Of a stretch of 64,000 bases of DNA, positions 1 through 8,743 are shown piece by piece; positions within the stretch are counted from its first letter, which is position 1; each line of letters begins with the position of its first letter. The DNA lies in the NCBI GenBank assembly GCA_039028615.1, contig JBCCHT010000002.1:416001-480000 (forward strand), in the 5' to 3' direction. The translations under genes were made by a program, and so were the position numbers. The notes under the pieces were generated by a model that ran no database searches, was not told the DNA's origin, and saw only the letters and a list, made by a program, of their open reading frames with translations. Source of the DNA: Myxococcota bacterium (GTDB taxonomy: Bacteria; Myxococcota_A; Polyangia; Nannocystales; Nannocystaceae).

Positions 1-224
1 TCGTCACCGTCCTGAGTGCCGCCCGGGAGGCTCGTCCCGTCGGGGGGCAGCCCGGTTTGATCGGCACCGCCGGGGTCCGTACCGCCCGTGGCTTCGCCGC
101 CCGTCCCACCGTCGCTCGAAGAATCGGTCCCCACCGTGTCGGTGCAGCCGCTGGCGGCGAACATGGCAACCAACCCGCAGTGAAGCACAAAGACCAACGA
201 CGAAGACGAAGTACGCAATCTCAT
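1..224 (-). CDS. Lipoprotein with Thr/Gly/Asp-rich N-terminal linker (partial, runs off window start)
   Basis: Manual translation from ATG at 224: MRLRTSSSSLVFVLHCGLVAMFAASGC-TDTVGTDSSSDGGTGGEATGG...; hydrophobic signal plus lipobox ASGC; not in the ORF track because it has no stop in the window. Confidence 0.65.
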   Translation of the reverse strand, partial: MRLRTSSSSLVFVLHCGLVAMFAASGCTDTVGTDSSSDGGTGGEATGGTDPGGADQTGLPPDGTSLPGGTQDGD

Positions 225-403
225 GGGACCCCTGACTCTACTGCACAGTTCCTACCGCCAGCGCGAGCGCCCAGGTGCTACGACGCGGGGTGCTGAACCC
301 CCTACGCCACAGCCCCGCGTTCGATCACCGAAATTGCATTCGACGAACGACCGTTGCGCTCGCGCGCACGGATTTGCGCACTTCTTGATGTGGATCCGCC
401 CCC

Positions 404-1558
404 ATGCGAAACCCTCCCGGGGATCTACGCGTGTCGAACGGCCGTCCATCAGCACAGCCCACGGTTTTACTGGCAGGAGGCGGCACGGGGGGCCACATCT
501 ACCCCAACGTCGGCATCGTCGAGGCCCTACGGGCGATTCGCCCCGAGGTTCGCGTGCGCTTCTTGGTGTCCTCGCGACCGGGTGACGCCAAGATCATGAA
601 CAACCTGGGCGAGGATTGGACGCCGAGCCCGGTCCGGCCGCTGCCCACGCTACGGCGCCCCTGGGAGGCGCTGCCCTTCGCTCGAGCCTGGCGCCGCGGC
701 ACGGCCCAGGTCCGCCGACTCATCGCCGAACACCAGATCGCAGCGGTGGTCGCCACGGGCGGCTTCGTCTCCGGTCCCGCCATCGCCGTCGCCGCCAGCC
801 GTGGCCTGCCGCGCGCCATGGTGAACCTGGACGGAGTCCCCGGCGCCGCCAACCGCCTGCTGGTGCGCCGCTGCTCGCAGGTCTTCACCGCCTATCCCTC
901 GCCCAAGCTGCCGCAGGCGGAGGTCATCGGCCTGCCGCTGCGTACCGCTTCGGTGGGCGCCCCCGAGCGCACCGAGGCCCGACGGGCGCTCGACCTGCCG
1001 CCCGAGCGCCCGCTTCTGTTCGTGACCGGGGCGACCCACGGCGCCACCTCGATCATCGAGACGATGATGGCCCTGGCCAAGCGCGACGACTTCCGCCGCG
1101 CCGTCGAGCCCTGGCAGATCCTCCATCAGTGTGGAACCTACGACGTGGCCAAGCTCCAGCGGGCCTACGACGACGCGGGGATCCAAGCCCGGGCGGTCGA
1201 CTATCTGAGCGCGATGGGCCAAGCGTGGGCCGCCGCCGACATCGCATTGAGCCGAGCCGGAGCGGGCAGCGTGGCCGAGGCGTGGGCGAACGCCACCCCC
1301 ACCGTGTTCGTGCCGAACCCCTACCACCGCGATCAGCACCAGCGACTCAACGCCGAGCCGATGGCCGAGGGAGGCGCCGCGCTGATTCGAAGCGACGCCA
1401 TCGCTCCCGAGCGCAACGCGGATGACTGGGGTCCCGTGTTGCGGGAGCTTTTGGGTGATGACGAGCGTCGAGACGCGATGCGTCGCGCGGGCCGTGACAG
1501 CTGTCCTCCCGCCGGGGCTGCCGCCGTGGCGCAGTGGATCGACCGCGTCCTTCCCTGA
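404..1558 (+). CDS. murG: MurG-like GT28 glycosyltransferase
   Basis: AGGGTGGHIYP N-terminal motif, TGGFVS, SRAGAGSVAE, HQRLNA; the usual HEQN and GGSQG motifs are replaced by NLD and GATHG. Confidence 0.75.
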   Translation: MRNPPGDLRVSNGRPSAQPTVLLAGGGTGGHIYPNVGIVEALRAIRPEVRVRFLVSSRPGDAKIMNNLGEDWTPSPVRPLPTLRRPWEALPFARAWRRGTAQVRRLIAEHQIAAVVATGGFVSGPAIAVAASRGLPRAMVNLDGVPGAANRLLVRRCSQVFTAYPSPKLPQAEVIGLPLRTASVGAPERTEARRALDLPPERPLLFVTGATHGATSIIETMMALAKRDDFRRAVEPWQILHQCGTYDVAKLQRAYDDAGIQARAVDYLSAMGQAWAAADIALSRAGAGSVAEAWANATPTVFVPNPYHRDQHQRLNAEPMAEGGAALIRSDAIAPERNADDWGPVLRELLGDDERRDAMRRAGRDSCPPAGAAAVAQWIDRVLP

Positions 1559-2097
1559 GTCGGTTACGGGCTCCGCGGCCCGACGACATTGTCGGAGCCG
1601 CGATCACACCGTCGGACCACCGACGTCGTTGAACCGCAAAGCGAACGCGACCCGGGCGTTTCCGCGAAGGTTTCGTTCCGCTGTCACATTGTCACATTCG
1701 CTGACTTCGATCGTGATCAGAGCCCGTGACCCGCGGCCGTTCGCGGAAGTTTCGCTCTTCGATTCCTTTCTTTTTTCCGCGGCGCATCACCGCGAATCGG
1801 ATGTTCACGACCCACTCGATTCACGGAGTGTTTCGTTCTTCTTCGGGCGACTCGACGCACGCAATAGCTGGTAAGCGCGGCGCGGCAGACCGATTACGTA
1901 AGGCTTGCCAGCCTCGCGCGTTGACCTCCAAAGCCGGCCATGAAGTTCGTGAGGACGATGTCACCTTGGGCTCGATTTTTCGTAACCCAAAACGACCCCC
2001 AACGTGGAATGGACTGACGTCGACTCGGTTGTCGAACATCGCAACATCCCGCGCTCATGCGGGGTCGAATCAACAACCCGTGTCGAGGCCCGCGACT

Positions 2098-2127
2098 CTG
2101 CGGCAGAAGGCCCCTCCTTCTGCGCAG
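2098..2127. other. Stem-loop in leader of small lipoprotein gene
   Basis: GCAGAAGG-CCCCT-CCTTCTGC perfect 8-bp inverted repeat (2103-2123), extendable by CTGC/GCAG with one bulge. Confidence 0.4.
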
Positions 2128-2169
2128 CGCCGCCGGGACCTTCACCCCTCACGCCCCCGAGACACAATC

Positions 2170-2343
2170 ATGACCAAGATCAAGCCCCTCGCCCTCCTCG
2201 TCTCCCTGACCGCCGTCACCATGCTCTCCGCCTGCAACCTCGATTTCCTCGACACGCTTCGTCCGGGTTCCGACGAGCTGTGTGCCGACATCGGTGACGG
2301 GCACTGCCCCCTGCCCCACCCTCCGGGCACTCGCGAGCCGTAG
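2170..2343 (+). CDS. Small lipoprotein (57 aa)
   Basis: MTKIKPLALLVSLTAVTMLSAC signal plus lipobox; GC3-rich codons; C-terminal part of ORF 1726..2343. Confidence 0.55.
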   Translation: MTKIKPLALLVSLTAVTMLSACNLDFLDTLRPGSDELCADIGDGHCPLPHPPGTREP

Positions 2344-2642
2344 TCCGTGCCGAGTCGCATGTCTCCTCGACCTCCCGGCCATCCCAAGCCCATGCCGCAC
2401 GCCGAGGACGACGAGCATCTCGCAGTCCTGCGCTGGCTCAATCGCTACGCCCTCTCCACGCGCTTCCCTCGCTGGGAGCCGCAGCCATCACCCGCCCCCG
2501 AATGCTCCCCGGGCGCGGGCAACTACGACACGGAGCCATAGTGCCCGATGGGCCCGCCATCCCCTTCAGGTAGGCCCTTCGATTCGTCCCGCCAGCGCGT
2601 CCGCAACTCCTGCGGACGCGTTGGCCCTTTTCGAATGACGGC

Positions 2643-3209
2643 TCAGTCCTTGGCGTAGACCTTGGGGTCGAGCACGCCGATGTAGGGCAGGTTGCGGTAC
2701 ACCCCGGCGTAGTCGAGCCCGTAGCCCACCACGAACGCGTTCGGGCACACGAAGCCGCGCCAGTCGACCTCGATGTTCTGCGTGCGAGTCTCTTGCTTGT
2801 CGAGGAACGCACAGACCTCGATCGAGGCCGGCTTGCGGGTCTCCAGCGCCTCCGTCAGGTAGCGCAGGGTCAAGCCGGTGTCGATGATGTCCTCGACCAG
2901 CAGCACGTGCCGCCCCTCGATGGGCTGGTTCAGATCCTTGATGAACCGCACCACGCCGGACGACTTGGTGCCGTCGCCATACGAAGACACGGACATGAAG
3001 TCGACCTCGAGCTCGATGTCCATCGCCCGCACCAGGTCGGCGATGAAGGGGAAGCACCCGTTGAGGATGCCCACCACCAGCGGCTTGCGATCGGCGTAGT
3101 GATCGGCCAACGCCTTGCCCATCTCGGTCACCTTGGCGGCGATGTCTTCGGCGGAGAACAGGACCTCGGCGATCGAGGAACCGAGCAGGGAGTCGGGCGG
3201 CGTGCTCAT
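2643..3209 (-). CDS. hpt: Hypoxanthine phosphoribosyltransferase
   Basis: VSSYG, VLLVEDIIDTGLTL PRPP-binding motif, FVVGYGLDY, YRNLPYIG. Confidence 0.95.
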   Translation of the reverse strand: MSTPPDSLLGSSIAEVLFSAEDIAAKVTEMGKALADHYADRKPLVVGILNGCFPFIADLVRAMDIELEVDFMSVSSYGDGTKSSGVVRFIKDLNQPIEGRHVLLVEDIIDTGLTLRYLTEALETRKPASIEVCAFLDKQETRTQNIEVDWRGFVCPNAFVVGYGLDYAGVYRNLPYIGVLDPKVYAKD

Positions 3210-3370
3210 GATCGAGCAGGAGTCTACCAGCCCCCAACGTGCGCCCCATGGCCTCCCACGGGAGATCTCTCGCGGTTCCGGGCTCGTCTCTCGTCACCCG
3301 CGGCCACGGCCGAGCCGCCGAAGATCGGCGAGCAAACGCCCATCCAACGACGAGCACCCGCGACCCGGGC

Positions 3371-4489
3371 TCACTTCGATGCCGAACGTAGCGCCCGCGG
3401 ACAGGAGCGACTCGGCCCCGACTCCACCGGTTTCGACAAGACGATCTGCCGTCCCGCCCGGTGGCCCTCGGAAAACGCCTCGTTGCGCCGAGCGCCACCC
3501 CGGCGGACCGACTCGGTCTTGGGATAGCGCCGTCGGAAGTAGTCCCCGAGCTCGGCCGTCGGCACCCAGATGAGCCCCTGCTCCTGGAACTGCTCGTTCT
3601 GGGCCTCGAGCTTGACCTCGAAGCCCCGCATCACCCCGGCGAGGAAGGCCTGGCGATCGCGATTGGAGCTGCGCTGGGTCTGCCGCTTGTAGTCGGCCCA
3701 AAGTCGCAGCGCGGTGGACGACAAGAACGCGTGCACGTGCTCGGCCATCAGCAGGTTCGGCTCGAGCCCGCAGATCTCCAGCACGCTGCCCCGCTTGCCC
3801 TCCAGCGGGCGGTAGACGGGAATCCACAGGCTCTCGACGAAGAAGTACTGCGACAGGATGCTGGCCAGGCGACGATCGTGCTCGAGGATGCGACCGGAGG
3901 GGCGCCCGAGGTGGCGAAAGCCATGGCGCCGATCGGGGCTCGTGGGTCGACCCGGCAGCGCCTCCTCGACCTCGATGTTGAACTTGAGCATCAGCCGCCG
4001 TGCCGCCATCGCAGCCGCCTCGGCCTCGTGCTGATTGGGGCTCTGGGCCAGCGCCAGGAGCTTGCGGATGCGGGCGACGATGCGGCTGGCGGAGTCTTGC
4101 TCGGGGCTCGCCTCCGACGGCCCCACCCGCGCCCGACCGTCGATGCCCAGGCGCTCGCACACGCTGCGGAAGATGGGCCCGTGCGGCGGCTCGTCGACGA
4201 CCAGGCACTCGTCGACGAACTGATGCGCCGCCTCGTGCTTGAGCACCTCGAGCACCTCGACCCACGGGCGCTCCAGCACCAGCGAGCGAGAGACCTCGAG
4301 GCTGCGCAGCGACCCGTTCCACTGCCCCAGCCGCTCGCGGGTATCGGACAAGCGCAGCACGGGCCGCCGCATCACGTCCTTGAACAGGGTGTAGTTGATC
4401 GAGTCCCACTCGGAGGCGAGACGCACGAGCAGCTTGGCCTCGAGCTCGACGCTGAGTTCGACACCGATCTTCGACCCGCGAGCGCTCAC
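3371..4489 (-). CDS. SprT-like metalloprotease fused to DUF2786 domain
   Basis: VLKHEAAHQ (HExxH) followed by PPHGPIFR (SprT-type third His); IRKLLALAQSPNQHEAEAA..ARRLMLKFNI typical of DUF2786. Confidence 0.8.
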   Translation of the reverse strand: MSARGSKIGVELSVELEAKLLVRLASEWDSINYTLFKDVMRRPVLRLSDTRERLGQWNGSLRSLEVSRSLVLERPWVEVLEVLKHEAAHQFVDECLVVDEPPHGPIFRSVCERLGIDGRARVGPSEASPEQDSASRIVARIRKLLALAQSPNQHEAEAAAMAARRLMLKFNIEVEEALPGRPTSPDRRHGFRHLGRPSGRILEHDRRLASILSQYFFVESLWIPVYRPLEGKRGSVLEICGLEPNLLMAEHVHAFLSSTALRLWADYKRQTQRSSNRDRQAFLAGVMRGFEVKLEAQNEQFQEQGLIWVPTAELGDYFRRRYPKTESVRRGGARRNEAFSEGHRAGRQIVLSKPVESGPSRSCPRALRSASK

Positions 4490-4592
4490 CGGGCACAGCC
4501 TAGCGATCCCACGCCATCACGCAAAGGGCCGCTCACGTGCACCCGGAGCCATTTCGCGGTGCTATGGTGCGGGCCGCCCCGGAGATCCCGAC

Positions 4593-4760
4593 ATGCAATG
4601 CCAAGAGTGCCACGAAGATGCCGACGATCTGACCCGGGTCAAGGTCGAAGGCAAGAACCGCAAGCTGTGCGAGGACTGCCTCGAGCTGTGGAACGAACAG
4701 CAGGAGATCGCGGCCGAGGCCGGCCGCGCGATGCGGGACATGATGGAGTACAAGGGCTGA
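4593..4760 (+). CDS. Small zinc-ribbon protein (55 aa)
   Basis: MQCQEC...LCEDC (two CxxC); GGAG upstream; strong GC3 bias. Confidence 0.65.
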   Translation: MQCQECHEDADDLTRVKVEGKNRKLCEDCLELWNEQQEIAAEAGRAMRDMMEYKG

Positions 4761-4775
4761 GCGGGCGGCCCTGCT

Positions 4776-6332
4776 TCAGCTCCCCAGCTGCACCAGCACG
4801 CTGGTCCGCCGCTCGCGGACGAAGTGCATCAGGCTGTACTCGATGCCGCCGTGGCCCCCGAGGTTCTGCGGGCCTGGCGGCGAGTATCCGAGTGAGCGCT
4901 CGAAGATCGTCAAGTCCTGAATGTAGTTGGGGTCGGTCTCGATCTCGGACTGCACGAGCGAGATGAACTCGGCGATCCAGGCGTTGTGCTGCTCTTCGGT
5001 GAAGTAGTCGTCGACCAGCTCCTGCACGTAGGCCCGGTACTGCTCGCGATGGGCAGGCACGTCGAAGATGCGGCGCGACAGCACGAAGTCGTGCCCGCGC
5101 TGGTTGCAGACGACCTGGTCGATGGGAAAGGTCAGCGCGTTCTGGCCACAAGGGTGCCCCGCGTAGGCCTCGTTCTGGTCCCAGGGCAGCATCATGAACT
5201 GATCGGTATCGGGGCGGTGATACAGGTAGTAGTTGTGCCCCATGCCGAGGTACCCGTCGAAGCTCGAGGTCACCACGGTGACCGCCGACAGGCGTAGGAA
5301 CGAGTCGACGTCGAAGACCTCGTCGATGGCCGCATCGAACTGCGCATCGGGAGTGTTGTTGAGCACGTCGAGGAAGTGGATGAGATCGGAGTAGTCGTTC
5401 TTCTCCGGGTCGTCCTCGTTGGTCTTGAGCACCAAGCCACACTCGTCGAAGCCGCCGGGGCAGGTGGTGGTCGACAGGTAGTCCTCGCGGTTCGGCCCTC
5501 GATACACCAGGGCCCCGATGTCCGTGTCGGTGAAGACGCCCTTGTAGAGGTTGCCGTTGCCGTTGCCGATGCCGAAGCGCTCCTCGAGGAAGCACTTGTC
5601 GATCTGCTGCACGGTGACGTAGGTGCCGTTGTCGTGGCCGTCGACGCTCACCCGCGCGTAGGCGGTCCGTGCCGCGGGGACCCCCATCGCGTTGTAGAGC
5701 CGATTGGCCAGCCGCTCCCGCATGTAGCTCAGGTCGGCCCAGTTGTTGCCGAAGTTGACCTTGTTGACGTCGTGGTAGCGCGGCCCGCCGTAGCGATCGA
5801 AATCGACCTTGAGCGGGAACTTGCCGTCGGGCGACGACACGGGTCCCAGCGGAACGCCACCCGGAGCAGAGCCGAAGCGCAGGCTCGACCAGCCCTTGAG
5901 GCGGAACCCCACGGTGGCGATGGGCTCACCATCGAAGGTCATCGCGCTCGGGTAGTAGGTCTTGGTGCTGGTCTGATCCCACTCGTCGAGCAAGGCCTCC
6001 CACGTGCCGGGCTCGGGATCGATGGTGACCTCGACGACGTGATCCTGGGGAAACACGTGGTCGAAGGCGGCGTCCCAGTCGATGGGCTCAGGGCCCCCGG
6101 TGTCGCCCGTGGCGGCGTCGCCCGTGCTGCCACCGATGCCGGTCTCGTCGACCTGCCCCTCGGTGTCGTCGGCGGGCGTGCCCGTATCGTTGCCGTCTTC
6201 GGTGCCCCCGGTGCTCGTGCTCCCGGCCGATCCGGTCCCGTCGGCATTGCCGTCGCCCTGGCACGCGACACCCGAAAGACCCAACGCCAACACGGCCCAC
6301 GGAGCGACTCGCGAAACTAACGATTCGGACAT
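4776..6332 (-). CDS. CotH kinase family lipoprotein
   Basis: Lipobox GVAC, Thr/Gly-rich linker, VGFRLKGWSS, KFPLKVDFD, SYMRERLA, HNYYLY, LPWDQNEAY; start taken at MSESLV. Confidence 0.85.
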   Translation of the reverse strand: MSESLVSRVAPWAVLALGLSGVACQGDGNADGTGSAGSTSTGGTEDGNDTGTPADDTEGQVDETGIGGSTGDAATGDTGGPEPIDWDAAFDHVFPQDHVVEVTIDPEPGTWEALLDEWDQTSTKTYYPSAMTFDGEPIATVGFRLKGWSSLRFGSAPGGVPLGPVSSPDGKFPLKVDFDRYGGPRYHDVNKVNFGNNWADLSYMRERLANRLYNAMGVPAARTAYARVSVDGHDNGTYVTVQQIDKCFLEERFGIGNGNGNLYKGVFTDTDIGALVYRGPNREDYLSTTTCPGGFDECGLVLKTNEDDPEKNDYSDLIHFLDVLNNTPDAQFDAAIDEVFDVDSFLRLSAVTVVTSSFDGYLGMGHNYYLYHRPDTDQFMMLPWDQNEAYAGHPCGQNALTFPIDQVVCNQRGHDFVLSRRIFDVPAHREQYRAYVQELVDDYFTEEQHNAWIAEFISLVQSEIETDPNYIQDLTIFERSLGYSPPGPQNLGGHGGIEYSLMHFVRERRTSVLVQLGS

Positions 6333-6493
6333 CGGGGCCGAGAGTAGCAGTCCTGCCGCAACCACGGAGCAATTCACCGTGGCACGTTCCTTACACATTC
6401 AACCGACGGTGAGCTCGGCCCTCCACCCGGCGCCAACCTGTCAGCGCGAACACCACCGTGCGTTGTCGGGAACGTCGCCTCCGGAAAAGCCCC

Positions 6494-8674
6494 ATGCCGA
6501 GACCGCCCAAGTCCCTCCTCGTCGCCGCGCTCGCCCTCGCTGTGTCCGCCTGTGCTCGGACCCAACCCGTCATCGCGAACCCCGAAGCCCCGCTCGGTCG
6601 CGTGATCATCTACCGCAACGGCGTCGCCTATTTCGAGCGCGAAGCCGAGGTCGAAGACGCGCTGAGCCTCCGCGTGCCCCGAGCGCGCGTCGACGATTTT
6701 CTCAAGTCGCTGACCGTCACCGACACCAAGACGGGCAAGCCCCTGCCCATCTCCTACCCCACCACGCGGGGCCAAGCGGGTGAGTGGCTCGACATGACCA
6801 TCGACCTCCCGCCGGGAACGCACCGAGTCAAGCTCGCGTACGTGACCGAGAGCCCGGCATGGAAGCCCTCGTATCGCGTCATGCTGGGCGACGACGAAGA
6901 GGCCTCACGCCTGCAGTCGTGGGCCATCGTCGACAACGTCTCGGGCGAGCGCTGGAGCGACGTCATGGTCGGCGTGGGATCGACCTCGGCGCTGTCGTTC
7001 CGCTACGACCTGCACAGCGTACAGGTCGTTCAGCGCGAGACCCTCGATACCGGCACGCTGCTCGCCCAGGCCCCGCCCACCGGGGGCAGCCCCTACGCGG
7101 TCGATCGCGGCAACGTCCGAGTGCTGGCCAACCTCTCCGACGGCGAGATGCGCACGGCCGCCTCCGACTCCGCGGGGATCAGCCTGGCGGGCACCACGGG
7201 CGCAGAGTCGAACTACTCACTGGAAGCCAAGAACCTCCCCGTGGGCAACGACACGGGCCGAGACTTCACGGCGGTGGTCGACGTCACCCCCACCGCGAGC
7301 CGAAAGAGCCGCCGCCGGGCCGCACAACCGACGGGAGTCTCCGACGCCCAGCCGCCTCCAACGCGAGCATCGGCGCTCCAGGCCTTGCGAGCCGAGCTCG
7401 CCAACAATCAAACCCGGGTCCGCATCGAAGGCTGGGGCCTCCACGGTGAAGACGACCCGCAACGCGAAGGCCTGCGCCGAGCCAACACGCTCCGCGAGCA
7501 GCTCGTGGCCAACGGCATCGCGGCCGACCGCATCGACGTCGTGGCCGGAGACCACGCCATCGACTCCCCCGCCGACGTCGTGCAGGTCATCGCGATCGAG
7601 CAGGAGCCGGGGTTCAGCGAGGCGGTGGTGGACGGGGTCGATCCAGACGAGCCGCGGGGTACCGCCCACTTCATCTCCGAAAAACCCATGTCGATCGACC
7701 CCGGGCACTCGGCCATGGTCACGCTCTTCGACGAGCCCACCGAGGCCGCCCGTGTGTACCTATACGATCCGCTCTCCGCTCGCGGCTCCAAGCAGTTCGC
7801 CTTCAACGCGGTGCGAGTGGTCAACCCCAGCGACGACACGCTCGACAGCGGGCCCATCACCGTCTACGCCAAGGGCCGGTTCCTCGGCGAAGGCCTCACC
7901 GAGCCCATTCCTCCGGGGAAGGCCGCTCTGGTGCCCTACGCCCTCGATCGCACCGTGCTCATCAGCCCCAGCGTCCAGTCCCGCGACCAGGTGGAGAAGC
8001 TGGTCACCGTCGAGCGGGGCATCGCCACCACCCAGACGCGTCGCACCAGCCAGACCCGCCTCGACATCGACAACCGCGGGCACGCCGATGCCCAGCTCTA
8101 CGTGCGGCACCGCGTGTCGTCGGGCTGGACCCTGCAGGATCCCCCCGAGAACCTCGAGCACCTCGGCCGGGACATCCTCGTGCCCATCACCGTGCGGGCG
8201 GGGACGCGGGAGGAGCTCATCTTGGAGGAGACCCTCCCGGTGACCGCGTCGGTCGATCTACGGTCGTCCCGCGGGCTCGAGAAGATCGCGGTGTACCTGC
8301 AATCCGAGGACATCGACGACCCCCTCCGCGAGCGGCTCGAAGCGATCGTTGATGCCTACCGCGACCTGGGAGACCTCGAGAGCACCTTGGTGACTCGCAA
8401 CGAGCAGCGGGAGGTCCTGCGACAGCGGGTGAATGAGCTCGAGTCGCAGCTCATCGGGCTTCGCAAAGTACGGCGGGCCCAGGATCTGAGCGGCCACCTC
8501 GCCAAGCGCATGCGTCAGCTGGGTGACGAGCTGGACGACGTCACGGTGGAAGTCACCGAGCTCGAGGCAGACAAGCTCAAGGCGAGGATCCAGCTACAGA
8601 ACCTGGTGTCCGAACTCAGCCTCGAAACCCCGGAACCGAAGGGAGCAAGCACCACCCGCTCGACCGCGCCGTAG
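6494..8674 (+). CDS. DUF4139-family lipoprotein with OmpA-like insertion and C-terminal coiled coil
   Basis: Lipobox VSAC; RVIIYRNGVAYFER, DDFLKSL, PAWKPSYR, WAIVDNVSGE.W motifs; RIEGW...RRANTLREQLVANGIAADRI OmpA-like segment. Confidence 0.7.
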   Translation: MPRPPKSLLVAALALAVSACARTQPVIANPEAPLGRVIIYRNGVAYFEREAEVEDALSLRVPRARVDDFLKSLTVTDTKTGKPLPISYPTTRGQAGEWLDMTIDLPPGTHRVKLAYVTESPAWKPSYRVMLGDDEEASRLQSWAIVDNVSGERWSDVMVGVGSTSALSFRYDLHSVQVVQRETLDTGTLLAQAPPTGGSPYAVDRGNVRVLANLSDGEMRTAASDSAGISLAGTTGAESNYSLEAKNLPVGNDTGRDFTAVVDVTPTASRKSRRRAAQPTGVSDAQPPPTRASALQALRAELANNQTRVRIEGWGLHGEDDPQREGLRRANTLREQLVANGIAADRIDVVAGDHAIDSPADVVQVIAIEQEPGFSEAVVDGVDPDEPRGTAHFISEKPMSIDPGHSAMVTLFDEPTEAARVYLYDPLSARGSKQFAFNAVRVVNPSDDTLDSGPITVYAKGRFLGEGLTEPIPPGKAALVPYALDRTVLISPSVQSRDQVEKLVTVERGIATTQTRRTSQTRLDIDNRGHADAQLYVRHRVSSGWTLQDPPENLEHLGRDILVPITVRAGTREELILEETLPVTASVDLRSSRGLEKIAVYLQSEDIDDPLRERLEAIVDAYRDLGDLESTLVTRNEQREVLRQRVNELESQLIGLRKVRRAQDLSGHLAKRMRQLGDELDDVTVEVTELEADKLKARIQLQNLVSELSLETPEPKGASTTRSTAP

Positions 8675-8684
8675 AGCCATCGAC

Positions 8685-8735
8685 GGGGCACGAAAGACGG
8701 CGGCCATCGGTGAGGAGCCGCCGCCTTCGTGTCCT
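8685..8735. terminator. Imperfect long hairpin between convergent genes
   Basis: GGGGCACGAA..CGGCGGC / GCCGCCG..TTCGTGTCCT arms. Confidence 0.45.
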
Positions 8736-8743
8736 GGAGTCGG

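Noticed and set aside
1682..1697. TGTCACAT tandem as a Pho box
   Set aside because: Period is 8 nt, not the 11 nt of PhoB sites
2347..2541. 64-aa ORF after the small lipoprotein
   Set aside because: Pro-rich, no RBS or motif; cannot be supported from sequence alone
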